DNA of 64,000 nt from an uncultured Candidatus Moduliflexus sp. (GCA_964602655.1 CAZRSF010000007.1:49708-113707); one strand, 5' to 3'. Shown: positions 18,254 to 27,931, counted from the stretch's first letter. The notes: a model not told the origin generated them from the letters alone. Numbers and translations: made by a program.

Positions 18254-18712
18254 ATGCTACACGATCCGAATCAAAAAGGGATTTTGGGTGAAATAGCAGT
18301 GATCAAGAATCTTTGCGCGCAGGGATATGATGTATTTCAAGCGGTCAGCAACAGTTCACGGGTTGATCTGATTGCACTGCGTGACAACATTCCGATCAAA
18401 ATCCAGGTGAAGAGTACTTATTCGAAGAATGGAATCGTTACGGCATATACCAGGAAAACATGTCTCAATCCTGTGTATAATTACTCCTATTCTACTGATG
18501 ATTTTGATGTTTTGGCGATATATGTCATTGACAAAGATGTAGTGTGTTATATCGCTTCGCACGAGATTCTTGCAAACAGAACGATGGTGAAGTTGAGATT
18601 CGAAGAAGCAAAGAATGGTCAGCAAAAAAGAATTCGTTATGTTTCTGATTATTCTGATTTTGAGAATGCTCTTACGCATCGTATGCCAGATATTCAGCAG
18701 ATTCAGAGATAA
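18254..18712 (+). CDS. PD-(D/E)xK endonuclease, I-Ssp6803I-like (PDDEXK_5-type), free-standing
   Basis: 152 aa. GILGEIAVIKNLCAQGYDVF...RVDLIAL...IKIQVKST gives a D...(Q)xK core with spacing and size like the cyanobacterial tRNA-intron homing endonuclease family. GGGGGA RBS. Confidence 0.6.
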   Translation: MLHDPNQKGILGEIAVIKNLCAQGYDVFQAVSNSSRVDLIALRDNIPIKIQVKSTYSKNGIVTAYTRKTCLNPVYNYSYSTDDFDVLAIYVIDKDVVCYIASHEILANRTMVKLRFEEAKNGQQKRIRYVSDYSDFENALTHRMPDIQQIQR

Positions 18713-19078
18713 AAAAAAGAACCAAATAGAAATTCTTAAAACATATAATTGGCATTGGGGTGTCGAGACAAGAATCTATATGCCTCACCGCGCGAGATGA
18801 GCCTGGAATTGCTTGTGGCAAGCGAGGACGTGGGTTTGGTGTGGGACAGCATCTTTCTGTATGAAGACGAACTTGACGCCGTACCCCCGCGTAACGAAGA
18901 AGTGGATGTAGCAGAATTCTTCGCGATAGATTAATCGTATCGTCGTTGTCCTTCCCATCCAAGGCAACGACTTTGACCTGGGCTACCTTTCAATAAACAT
19001 GAAGAGACACATTTGACAATCAATATTGCATCCATAATCTTCGATGTCTGTTCAGTCCACAAAGTTGACGATCTCTAT

Positions 19079-19252
19079 TAGACATCTTTCCTAAATAATT
19101 CCCATATTTTCGTCAGGCGAATAGGGGAATTTACATGGGATGGTTCAAAAAAATGGCTCTGAAGTCAAATATGAGCGTTTCTGTTTCAACACGCGAATGT
19201 CGCACTTTTGAGTTCTCCCTGCCTGAAAGAATTTATTTAGGAAAGATGTCTA
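19079..19252 (+). mobile_element. 174-bp MITE, copy 1 (20-bp TIR TAGACATCTTTCCTAAATAA)
   Basis: Base-for-base identical, in reverse complement, to 62472..62645. TA lies at both ends. Confidence 0.85.
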
Positions 19253-19322
19253 TTAAAATTCCCACCCAATCTACCTGCCTGCTCTATAGATTCGAATAAC
19301 AGGTAAAATTCATAAAAAATAC

Positions 19323-19377
19323 TTGACAGAGAAACATGTAATCTTTTATTTAAACGTTTACGCAAACGATTAAATAA
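19323..19377 (+). promoter_or_regulatory. candidate sigma70-type promoter (TTGACA-18-TATTTA) overlapped by a LacI/PurR-type AAACGTTT palindrome
   Basis: TTGACA at 19323..19328 and TATTTA at 19347..19352. A perfect TAAACGTTTA at 19351..19360 sits inside a 32-bp palindrome (19346..19377, 14 of 16 pairs). It lies 35 bp upstream of the LacI-family gene. Confidence 0.45.
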
Positions 19378-19411
19378 TAATCATTCAATCCTCTGAAGAT
19401 TTTCTTGTATC

Positions 19412-20410
19412 GTGAAAAAAAATACGATAAAAGATATTGCGCTCCACGCCAATGTATCCACGGCGACCGTGTCTCATGTGATCAATAACACCCGATTTGT
19501 CGAAAAAGAGACGAAAGACCGGGTCTTGAAGGCAATAGAAAAACTCGACTACCGTCCGAATATCTTGGCTCAAGGTCTCAAAGGAAAAGGGACCAAAACG
19601 ATTGGGATTATTATTGCGGATATCAGAGAAAGTTTTTTTGCGAGTATCGTCAAAGCCGTTGAGTTATGCTTGCGAAAAGAGAAGTTCAGTCTGATTCTTT
19701 GCGATTCCGAAGATACCGTCCGTCAAGAAAAAATCCACTTAGACTTACTGCTGCAAAAAGGGGTTGAGGGTGTGATTTTTGCGCCCATCAACATGCATGA
19801 AACCTATTCATCGCTCCAAACAAGCCACGTCCCCGTCGTTCAAATAGACAGAAAAACGTATGGAATAAAATCGGATTACATTGGCATTGATAACCTTCAG
19901 AGCGCCCGAATTGCGACTGAACACCTCTGCGAACATGGCTACACCCGCATCGGCTTTATCGGATACGAGGCAACGGTGTACACGATGAAGAAACGGATGG
20001 AAGGGTATGAAGATGCCCTCTCTCAGCGAAACATCTTCGACGAGCATCGTATAAAAATTGTGAGTTATTCTGATAAAGCAATGAAGGAGAGTATTAAAGA
20101 TTGGATTCTTAAGGGAAATATTGATGCGGTGCTCTGCGCTGTGGATGAAATCTGCTTTCCAACATTAGAAGCAATCGAAGAATTGGGTTTGCGCATTCCT
20201 GACGATATCGGTCTGATTTCATTCGATGATTCGAAATGGCTAAAGTACCTGAAAACCCCAATTACGGTGGTACGACAGCCGTTGGAAAAAATGGGCAGAA
20301 CTGCCGCTGAGACGCTGATTACACGCATTCAACATCCATCAAAAAGCGATTATCTCAATATTCAATTCGAAACCGAGTTAATTATCCGAGGGTCTTGCGG
20401 TCGCCATTAG
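19412..20410 (+). CDS. LacI family transcriptional regulator
   Basis: N-terminal HTH IKDIALHANVSTATVSHVINN plus a periplasmic-binding-protein-like effector domain. Confidence 0.85.
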   Translation: MKKNTIKDIALHANVSTATVSHVINNTRFVEKETKDRVLKAIEKLDYRPNILAQGLKGKGTKTIGIIIADIRESFFASIVKAVELCLRKEKFSLILCDSEDTVRQEKIHLDLLLQKGVEGVIFAPINMHETYSSLQTSHVPVVQIDRKTYGIKSDYIGIDNLQSARIATEHLCEHGYTRIGFIGYEATVYTMKKRMEGYEDALSQRNIFDEHRIKIVSYSDKAMKESIKDWILKGNIDAVLCAVDEICFPTLEAIEELGLRIPDDIGLISFDDSKWLKYLKTPITVVRQPLEKMGRTAAETLITRIQHPSKSDYLNIQFETELIIRGSCGRH

Positions 20411-20594
20411 TGGCCGTTTCAAGATATGTAAGCAAGAAGATGCCAAAAACAAGGAGGTGGGATTTGTTGAAAGTGGAACGTGCTCGCAAACCTGAGAACG
20501 GGAGGCCAGTACTATTCCGGCCAGACCATTGTTGATAGCGCTGTGTAGCTGATGTATGACATGAACAACAATTTTGCATAGAGGAGAATGTACG

Positions 20595-21539
20595 ATGAAA
20601 ATGAAAAAAATTCTAACGCTGTGTTTGATCATGTGTACGATGTCTGTTATCGCCCAGGCGAAGGAATACAAAGTCGCGTATATTGCCAGAGCGCAGGCGG
20701 ATTCGTTTGCCGCATGGTTGGCGAACTCGGTCAAAGCCGAAGCCGAAAAATACGAGAATATTTCGGTGACGATTTTTGACGGACAGGCCGATGATTACAA
20801 ACAAAATTCTCTGATTGAAAATGCCATTACCAACAAGTTCGACGTTATTATCATTCAGCCCAATAACGGCGAATCCCAAAGACCCTACGCTGAAAAAGTC
20901 GTCCAAGCCGGCATCTTCTGCATTACTACGAATGCAAGAATCGCTGGCATTGCAGGCGCGTCTTCGGTTGACGCCAATCCTTATGAACAGGCCGCTGTCA
21001 ACGCCCGCGCCGCTCTGACGCAGGTTCCGCAGGACGCTAAGGTCGTGGTGCTCAATGGACCTCCAGGCAACTTCCATGCCGATGAACGCCGCAAAAGCTG
21101 GCAGGCAGAGTTTTTCGACAAGAGACCCGATGTGAAAATCGTCGGTGAACAAATTGCCAATTGGAACAAAGATGAAGCGATGAAACTGATGGAAGACTGG
21201 ATACAGGCGAACGACAAGATCGATGCGATTATTTCCATGAACGACAATATGTGCGCCGGAGCGTTGGAAGTTATTAAAGGCAATGACAAATTCGCGAATA
21301 TCTTGTCTTATGGCGTGGATGGCACGGCGGAGGCTGTTCTGCTGATTAAAGAAGGGCGGATGACGTCCACATGCCTGCAAAGCGCCTACGCGTTAGCCGA
21401 ACTGCTCTTATCAACCGCTGATAAGTTGCTCAGCGGCGCAGAAAAGGAGATCAATGTGGATATCGATAACCCGCTGGTCACAAAAGAGAACGTTGATCAG
21501 TATATCGAGATGCACAAAAAAGCCGGAGCGATTAAATAA
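20595..21539 (+). CDS. sugar ABC transporter substrate-binding protein (RbsB-like, Peripla_BP_4)
   Basis: Signal peptide MKMKKILTLCLIMCTMSVIAQA after a GAGGAG RBS. Ribose/galactose-binding-protein-like pattern. Confidence 0.8.
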   Translation: MKMKKILTLCLIMCTMSVIAQAKEYKVAYIARAQADSFAAWLANSVKAEAEKYENISVTIFDGQADDYKQNSLIENAITNKFDVIIIQPNNGESQRPYAEKVVQAGIFCITTNARIAGIAGASSVDANPYEQAAVNARAALTQVPQDAKVVVLNGPPGNFHADERRKSWQAEFFDKRPDVKIVGEQIANWNKDEAMKLMEDWIQANDKIDAIISMNDNMCAGALEVIKGNDKFANILSYGVDGTAEAVLLIKEGRMTSTCLQSAYALAELLLSTADKLLSGAEKEINVDIDNPLVTKENVDQYIEMHKKAGAIK

Positions 21540-21710
21540 CTCTTCTAAGCGGCAGCGCGGATTGAGATAGCCAGGAAGCATTAGGCAAACAACGATCTGC
21601 GTCATTTTTCACGGGAAGAGTCAACGATAACCTTGCGAAGATTGTACGCCCAACAGGAATATGCGAACTCGCCACAACCTTCGCAAGGTTAGGATGACTA
21701 TAGTTGGCTT

Positions 21711-23219
21711 ATGAATAACATCAAACTACGCGTTTCCGGTATAGAAAAATCCTTTCCAGGCGTCAAAGCGCTCAGCAATGTCAATATTTCTGTCAAAGAA
21801 GGCAGCGTTCACGTCCTCTGCGGGGAGAATGGCGCAGGGAAATCGACATTGATGAAAATTATTGACGGCGTCTATCAGCCGGATAAAGGACAAATTTATC
21901 TCGACGGCAAGCAGGTGACGATCAAAGATTCGCATCAGGCCAGAGCGTACGGCATCTCGATGATATTCCAGGAATTGAATTTCGTGCCTGAAATGACGGT
22001 TGAAGAAAGTCTTTTTCTCGGTTCGCTGCCGACGACGAGATTCAAACGAGTGGATTGGAAAGCGATCCGGTCGAAAACACTGGCGCTGCTTAAAGAAGAA
22101 GGTTTGTCTTATGCGCCGACGACGCAATTGAAAAATTTATCCGTCTCCGATATACAGATGCTGGAGATCGTCAAAGCGATTTCGCGTAATGCCAGCATTA
22201 TTATCATGGATGAGCCAACTTCGGCCATCAGCTATAAAGAAGTAGATCGCTTATTCGAAAAAATCGTCACGCTCAAGCAAAGAAATACCAGCATTATTTA
22301 CATCTCGCATAAAATGGACGAAATCTTTCGTATCGCCGACGAGATTAGCGTGTTACGAGACGGCGCCGTCGTTGAGACGAGAGCGAAAGAGGATATTGAC
22401 ATTGATACCGTGATCTCTCTGATGGTGGGCAGAAAGCTCGACAATACGTATCCGAAAAAAACTATCGAGCGCGGTGAAAAACTGCTTGAAGTCAGAAATT
22501 TTTCTCGTAAAGGATTTTTCAAAAACGTCAATTTCGATCTGCATAAAAAAGAGATTGTAGGATTTGCGGGATTGATGGGGGCAGGCAGAAGCGAGATTAT
22601 GCGGGCGCTTTTCGGCTTAGACGAACATGAGGCCGGAAACGTGAATATCGCTGGACAGCCGGTCGAGGTGAAGGGCGTCAAAGACAGCATCGCGGCGGGA
22701 ATGGTCATGCTTTCCGAGGATCGACGGCGTTATGGGCTTATACCGGTGAGAAGCGTACGCGAGAATGTATCGTTAGCCAGTCTGAAAAAGTTTTTTTACA
22801 ACGGCAGGCTTCATGCCAAAGAGGAAAATCAGGTGGTCGGTGACATCTGTCGGAAAATGATGGTCAAAACGCCTTCGTATGACACGACGGTCGAGGCTCT
22901 GAGCGGGGGGAACCAGCAGAAGATCGTTCTGTCGAAATGGACGATTTGCGATCCGAAAATCCTGATTCTCGACGAGCCGACACGAGGCATTGATGTCGGC
23001 GCGAAATATGAGATTTACAAGCTGATGACGGAACTCGCCGAAGAAGGTAAGGGGCTTATTATGATTTCTTCGGAACTGCCTGAGCTGTTAGGCATGTGCG
23101 ACCGGATTTACGTCGTCGCCAAAGGAAAAATTGCTGGCGAATTGGCGCGAAAAGATTTTTGTCAGGAAGCGATTATGAGATTAGCAACAGGTGTTGAAAA
23201 AAAGGAGGGTGTATCGTGA
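21711..23219 (+). CDS. sugar ABC transporter ATP-binding protein (duplicated ABC cassette, RbsA/MglA-like)
   Basis: Walker A GENGAGKST, signature LSGGNQQK, and two ATPase halves in 502 aa. Confidence 0.9.
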   Translation: MNNIKLRVSGIEKSFPGVKALSNVNISVKEGSVHVLCGENGAGKSTLMKIIDGVYQPDKGQIYLDGKQVTIKDSHQARAYGISMIFQELNFVPEMTVEESLFLGSLPTTRFKRVDWKAIRSKTLALLKEEGLSYAPTTQLKNLSVSDIQMLEIVKAISRNASIIIMDEPTSAISYKEVDRLFEKIVTLKQRNTSIIYISHKMDEIFRIADEISVLRDGAVVETRAKEDIDIDTVISLMVGRKLDNTYPKKTIERGEKLLEVRNFSRKGFFKNVNFDLHKKEIVGFAGLMGAGRSEIMRALFGLDEHEAGNVNIAGQPVEVKGVKDSIAAGMVMLSEDRRRYGLIPVRSVRENVSLASLKKFFYNGRLHAKEENQVVGDICRKMMVKTPSYDTTVEALSGGNQQKIVLSKWTICDPKILILDEPTRGIDVGAKYEIYKLMTELAEEGKGLIMISSELPELLGMCDRIYVVAKGKIAGELARKDFCQEAIMRLATGVEKKEGVS

Positions 23220-24208
23220 ATCACTCGGACGGATTGCATCGCATTTGGCACGGTATTACGAAGAAATACAGCATTTATTTCGTGCTTTTTATCTTATTTA
23301 TTCTCTGCTCTTTGATAAATAGGAATTTTTTATCGCCCGCGAACTTAGCGAACGTTTCGCGCCAGATTGCAGTCACGACAATTTTGGCGTTTGGCGAGAC
23401 GATCTTGATTATCTGCGGCATGCTCGATCTGTCTTGCAGTTCCGTTCTGGCCTTGTCAGGACTGCTTTCGGTCGCCGTTTTCAAATCCTCCGGTTCCATG
23501 TTGATCGCGTTTTGCGTCGCCATTATCGTGGCGGTCTTCTGTAATATTATCAATGGCGTGATGGTCACGCGCCTGAAAGCTCCTCCTTTTATCGCGACGC
23601 TCGCTATGCTGGCAATGGCGCGGGGAGCGGCATTGTTCTATACTAATGGTCAAAATATTTATCAGATCGGCGATTACGCGAAAATCGGTCAGAATTCGTT
23701 CTTGTTTATTCCGATCCCGATTATCTTTTTGGTGCTGATCCTGATTGTCACCTGGTATATCCTCAAGCATACGCCTTTCGGGCGGTCGTTATACGCGATC
23801 GGAGGCAACGAGGAAGCCGCCATCGCCTCCGGAATCAATGTCACCCGGAATAAGATGACAGCGTATATTATTAACGGCGTCTTTGTCGGCATTGCCGGAG
23901 TCTTATTCATGTCGCGCGTCAACGCGGGACTGCCTAATGGGGCGGTCGGTTTCGAGTTCGAAGCCCTGACCTCTTCCATTATCGGCGGCACCAGTTTTTC
24001 AGGCGGCATCGGAACAGCAGAAGGCACCCTGGCAGGAGCGTTTATCGTTGGTTTTTTGAATAACATTATGAACCTTGCCAATGTGAATTCGTATTTACAA
24101 CAGATTATCAGAGGCGCGATCATCGCCTTAGCCGTGACATACGACATTTGGTCAAAGACCAGACGCTCGAAAAACATTATGGGCAATATTCAGGAACGAG
24201 AGGCATAA
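23216..24208 (+). CDS. sugar ABC transporter permease (RbsC-like)
   Basis: 330-aa polytopic protein. The GTG start overlaps the upstream stop and follows a GGAGG RBS. Confidence 0.85.
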   Translation: MNHSDGLHRIWHGITKKYSIYFVLFILFILCSLINRNFLSPANLANVSRQIAVTTILAFGETILIICGMLDLSCSSVLALSGLLSVAVFKSSGSMLIAFCVAIIVAVFCNIINGVMVTRLKAPPFIATLAMLAMARGAALFYTNGQNIYQIGDYAKIGQNSFLFIPIPIIFLVLILIVTWYILKHTPFGRSLYAIGGNEEAAIASGINVTRNKMTAYIINGVFVGIAGVLFMSRVNAGLPNGAVGFEFEALTSSIIGGTSFSGGIGTAEGTLAGAFIVGFLNNIMNLANVNSYLQQIIRGAIIALAVTYDIWSKTRRSKNIMGNIQEREA

Positions 24209-24285
24209 GGTTCTCTATAACACCAATCTGCGGAGCGCACAGAATTCTGTGTAGCCCTGTGGCAAGCAATTCAGGAGAAAAGGAT

Positions 24286-25332
24286 ATGAAAAGAATCAAA
24301 GCTGCTGTCATGCATGGAATTGATGATGTTCGTGTCGAGGACGTGGATTTTCCTCAGATTAAGGCTGGTGAAGTCCTGATCAAAATGAAATCGGTCGGGG
24401 TCTGCGGTTCTGATGTTCATTATTATAAACATGGCAAAATTGGCCCATACATCGTGAATAAACCGATGATTTTAGGACATGAAGCTGCCGGAGAAATTGT
24501 GGAAGTGGCCGCCGATGTCAAAAATTTCAAACCGGGCGACCGGGTCGCGATTGAGCCTGGCTACACCTGCCGGAAATGCGTCTATTGCAAAACCGGACGG
24601 TATAATCTTTGCCCGGATGTGACGTTTATGGCGACCCCGCCGATACATGGCGCGTATGTGGAATATGTCGCCTGGCCGGCGGATTTTGTATTCCATCTGC
24701 CAGATAACATGACCTACGATCATGGCGCATTGATGGAGCCACTGGCCGTCGGGATGCATGCTGTTCGCCGCAGCCGCCTCAAACCTGGCGAACCTGTCAT
24801 TATTCTGGGAGCCGGGACAATCGGATTAGTCACGCTGTTGGCGGCCAAAGCTGCCGGAGCCGGAGAAATTATTGTGGCCGATCTGGAAGATGTGCGCTTA
24901 AATATGGCGCAAAAGCTGGGGGCTACGAAAATTATCAATGCCGGTAAAGAAAATACGGTTGAGGCGATCAAAGAACTCACCAACGGATTCGGCATGGAAG
25001 TCGTCTTCGAAACTGCCGGCTCAGTTCCCACCACGCAGCAGACAATTGCTCTGGCGGCTCGCGGCGGGCGTATCGTCTGGGTCGGACTGGCAGGGCAGGA
25101 CACCTTCCCGATGCCAGTGTTAGCAGCGATTGACAAGGAAGTGGATATTATGGGGATTTTCCGCTATGCCAACGTGTATCCGTATGCCATTCAACTCGTG
25201 AGCACCGGACGCATCAACATCGATCCGCTCGTCACCCATCGCTACGGTTTGAATCAGGTCACTGAAGCGCTGAACGTCGCCCACGAACGCCGTGACGGCG
25301 CCGTAAAAGTCATTGTAGATATCGAAGGCTGA
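24286..25332 (+). CDS. Zn-dependent medium-chain dehydrogenase (sorbitol/xylitol/L-threonine dehydrogenase-like)
   Basis: GVCGSDVHYY, GHEAAGEIVEV, structural-zinc CRKCVYCKTGRYNLC, and Rossmann ILGAGTIG. Start trimmed to MKRIKAAV after a GGAG RBS. Confidence 0.85.
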   Translation: MKRIKAAVMHGIDDVRVEDVDFPQIKAGEVLIKMKSVGVCGSDVHYYKHGKIGPYIVNKPMILGHEAAGEIVEVAADVKNFKPGDRVAIEPGYTCRKCVYCKTGRYNLCPDVTFMATPPIHGAYVEYVAWPADFVFHLPDNMTYDHGALMEPLAVGMHAVRRSRLKPGEPVIILGAGTIGLVTLLAAKAAGAGEIIVADLEDVRLNMAQKLGATKIINAGKENTVEAIKELTNGFGMEVVFETAGSVPTTQQTIALAARGGRIVWVGLAGQDTFPMPVLAAIDKEVDIMGIFRYANVYPYAIQLVSTGRINIDPLVTHRYGLNQVTEALNVAHERRDGAVKVIVDIEG

Positions 25333-25433
25333 AAACCGCTCTGTAAAACCTGCCGGGAATTTTCTCGGCAGGTTCAATACTTCTTTCGTCTGCTCACAAA
25401 CAAGAACGCAGAAATACCAAACTGATAAATCTC

Positions 25434-27590
25434 TCAATCGTTCAATCGAAACCGATCTACCGAATGCAGCAGCACATCGGCCTGGTCGGATAAGGCTTCG
25501 GCGGTGTTCGTAATCTGCGCCGAACTCTCCTGATTTTTCAGAATAACCGTCATTAATTCGCCCGCTAAATCTAATACCTGATGGATCCCGCGCAGTTGCT
25601 CGCTGGTGGCAATATGAATCTGCGCCGCCATGTCATTGATATGGGAAATCGCCTGATCGATCTGCCCGGTCGTGGTCTTTTGCTCGTTCGTGGCGCGGGT
25701 AATATCATTCGTCATGATATCCACTTTTGCCATCGCCATCGCGACCGTTTCGCTGGTTGACATCAAATCATGCAGCGTGGTGGCAATATCCGTGACCACG
25801 TCGGAAGAATGGCGAGCGCTTTCGAGGATTTTCTGCAATGTCGCGCGCGCCTGCTGCGTATGCGTCATGCCTTGCTCCACGCTGGCCGCGCCTTGATGAA
25901 TCGTCTGCACGACATTCGCCGTATCGCGTTTCAACGTTTGCACGACAGCGGCGATCTCTTTGGTCGAAGCGCCGACGCCATTCGCCAGACTTTTGATTTC
26001 ATCTGCCACTACCGCAAATCCGCGCCCGTGCGATCCCGCCTGCGCGGCAATAATAGAGGCGTTCAGGGCTAACAGCGACGTTTGCTCCGTGATGTTTCGA
26101 ATGACTTCCAGCATGGAATCAATATCCTGCGACCGCTCTGAAAATTGGGTAATCGCCTTCACCGCCGTTGTCACTGTGTCGTGGATGGTTTCCATCGAAG
26201 AGATGACCAATTCGACTGCTTCCTGGCCTTCGACAGCATCTTGACTGGTTTCCTGCGACAGTTGTTTCGATGCGTCAATCTGGCGCACAACGTCGCCTAA
26301 CGAGGTGACGGTCTGATGTAATGAGGCGATGGTGTCATGGGTTTGCTCGGTCAATGCGGTCGCATTTTCCGCAATATGCCGGATCGAAGAACTCATTTGC
26401 GAGACTGAGGCCGAGGTTTCTTCCACTGAGGAGGACAGCACTTCGGTGCTATGCGTCACTTCCTCGACGCTGGAGGCCATTTCGTTCATGGTGGAGATCA
26501 TATTTTCGACGGAATTCGTGACGTTTTTGGCGATTTCGATATCATGGGATGCTAATTGACGAATCTGTCCTCCAGTTGCGGCAATTTGACGCGACGTGCT
26601 GCGAATTCGGGCAATCAGCGCGCGCAGGTTATCGGCCATCGCCAGAATCACCTGCCCGAACGTGTCAGCCGTAGAGCGCGCCTGGACATCCACCGTTAAA
26701 TTTCCATCGGAAATCTGCCGCATGACCTCGGCGGCATGGCGCAAATAGGCGACCATATCGTGAAATGCGCGACCAAGCGCATCCTGCTGCGAACGAACGC
26801 GGACATCGTCAACAAACGTGCCAGTCGCAATATGGGACGCGGTCGTGGAAATTTCCTGTAAATAAATAGAAATCTGCTGAAACACACGCCCGATCTGCCC
26901 GATTTCATTATCGTTATTGATTTCAGACGGCAGCGCCACGAATTTCCCGCGCGCAAACTCTTCGCCGATGCTCACAAGTTGATGCACCGGACGACTGAGC
27001 AGCATGGAGAGCATCACAAACATCAGCGTCAATGCCGCCAGTAGGAAGGCAACAAACAGCAGCATCGCATGGAGCAGCACTTGATGAACTTTTTGCTCGA
27101 ATAATTCTTCTGAGACCACGATTTCAATCGCGCCGAGGATATGTTGATCTTCAGTGATTAATGGGATAAAGGTATGAAAGAGGTGGTCAGCAAGCACGGT
27201 TTGGATATTGAGAGCGTTGAGAATCTGTTCGAATTGCGGCAAGGGATGGGGAGTTTCTCTGAATTTGCTATCATTATGCGCAACAATGATCCCGTCAGGG
27301 TTGATAATTGCGATGGAAATCACATGTTTGTCCTTATTGTTTTCGTACAATTGCAGACATTGCAGGGATAAGCCGCTTAACGCTCCGAGGGCGTCCTCAT
27401 AGCTCGGATTATATTGATAGATATTCATGACATCGTTCTTCAATCCCTGTATCATGGCTTCGGAGCGTTCTTCCAACGCCTTGCGGTAATCGTGCTTCAG
27501 GTCGTTGATATGCATCCAGGTGCTTGTCCCCAACACGACGAAAATGATCAATCCGACCGACATCAGCAATCTGCTGCGTAAACTCTTCAT
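25434..27590 (-). CDS. methyl-accepting chemotaxis protein (periplasmic sensor plus HAMP plus MCP signalling domain)
   Basis: Highly conserved hairpin-tip LLALNASIIAAQAGSHGRGFAVVADEIKSLA. N-terminal TM, a ~160-aa extracytoplasmic region, then a second TM. Confidence 0.9.
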   Translation of the reverse strand: MKSLRSRLLMSVGLIIFVVLGTSTWMHINDLKHDYRKALEERSEAMIQGLKNDVMNIYQYNPSYEDALGALSGLSLQCLQLYENNKDKHVISIAIINPDGIIVAHNDSKFRETPHPLPQFEQILNALNIQTVLADHLFHTFIPLITEDQHILGAIEIVVSEELFEQKVHQVLLHAMLLFVAFLLAALTLMFVMLSMLLSRPVHQLVSIGEEFARGKFVALPSEINNDNEIGQIGRVFQQISIYLQEISTTASHIATGTFVDDVRVRSQQDALGRAFHDMVAYLRHAAEVMRQISDGNLTVDVQARSTADTFGQVILAMADNLRALIARIRSTSRQIAATGGQIRQLASHDIEIAKNVTNSVENMISTMNEMASSVEEVTHSTEVLSSSVEETSASVSQMSSSIRHIAENATALTEQTHDTIASLHQTVTSLGDVVRQIDASKQLSQETSQDAVEGQEAVELVISSMETIHDTVTTAVKAITQFSERSQDIDSMLEVIRNITEQTSLLALNASIIAAQAGSHGRGFAVVADEIKSLANGVGASTKEIAAVVQTLKRDTANVVQTIHQGAASVEQGMTHTQQARATLQKILESARHSSDVVTDIATTLHDLMSTSETVAMAMAKVDIMTNDITRATNEQKTTTGQIDQAISHINDMAAQIHIATSEQLRGIHQVLDLAGELMTVILKNQESSAQITNTAEALSDQADVLLHSVDRFRLND

Positions 27591-27902
27591 GCGAATCCTC
27601 CACCCTTGTAAGCATTATGATAATATTTATAGATGCAAAGACGATATACATGAAGAAGGTTGTGATGCAAGAAATTTTTATCGAATTTACATCAGAAGCT
27701 CGCCGCGCGAAAAATCAATTGACAGGATACAGCATCATCACGGCGTATGCATCGCGGATATGGTGGCTATTTTTTAGAATTTTTTGGCTCCACGCATTGT
27801 CAAACAGCCATATTTGACAAATGATGCGCGAAAAAACAACCGTGTTCTCGACAAATAAGGCTGTTCGTCGGGATGTAAATAATTACATTTTTTTCTTTCT
27901 TC

Positions 27903-27931
27903 TTGACATTCTCCGACAGCTTCGTTAAGAT
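27903..27931 (+). promoter_or_regulatory. candidate sigma70-type promoter of the dcw operon (TTGACA-17-TAAGAT)
   Basis: Both hexamers read directly from the sequence, 25-40 nt upstream of the rsmH start. Confidence 0.45.

Noticed and set aside
18785-18967. 60-aa minus-strand ORF (..TIRLIYREEFCYIHFFVTRGYGVKFVFIQKDA..). It loosely resembles either the N-terminus of a REP-associated tyrosine transposase (RIxYxGAxYHVxxRG) or a RelE/ParE toxin core (YRLIYR..I.IL.V).
   Set aside because: The motif spacing does not fit either family exactly. The ORF stops after ~60 aa and an overlapping plus-strand ORF is equally long. A RAYT remnant would be relevant given the many REP-like repeats, but by eye the similarity is too weak to call. 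It needs an HMM search.
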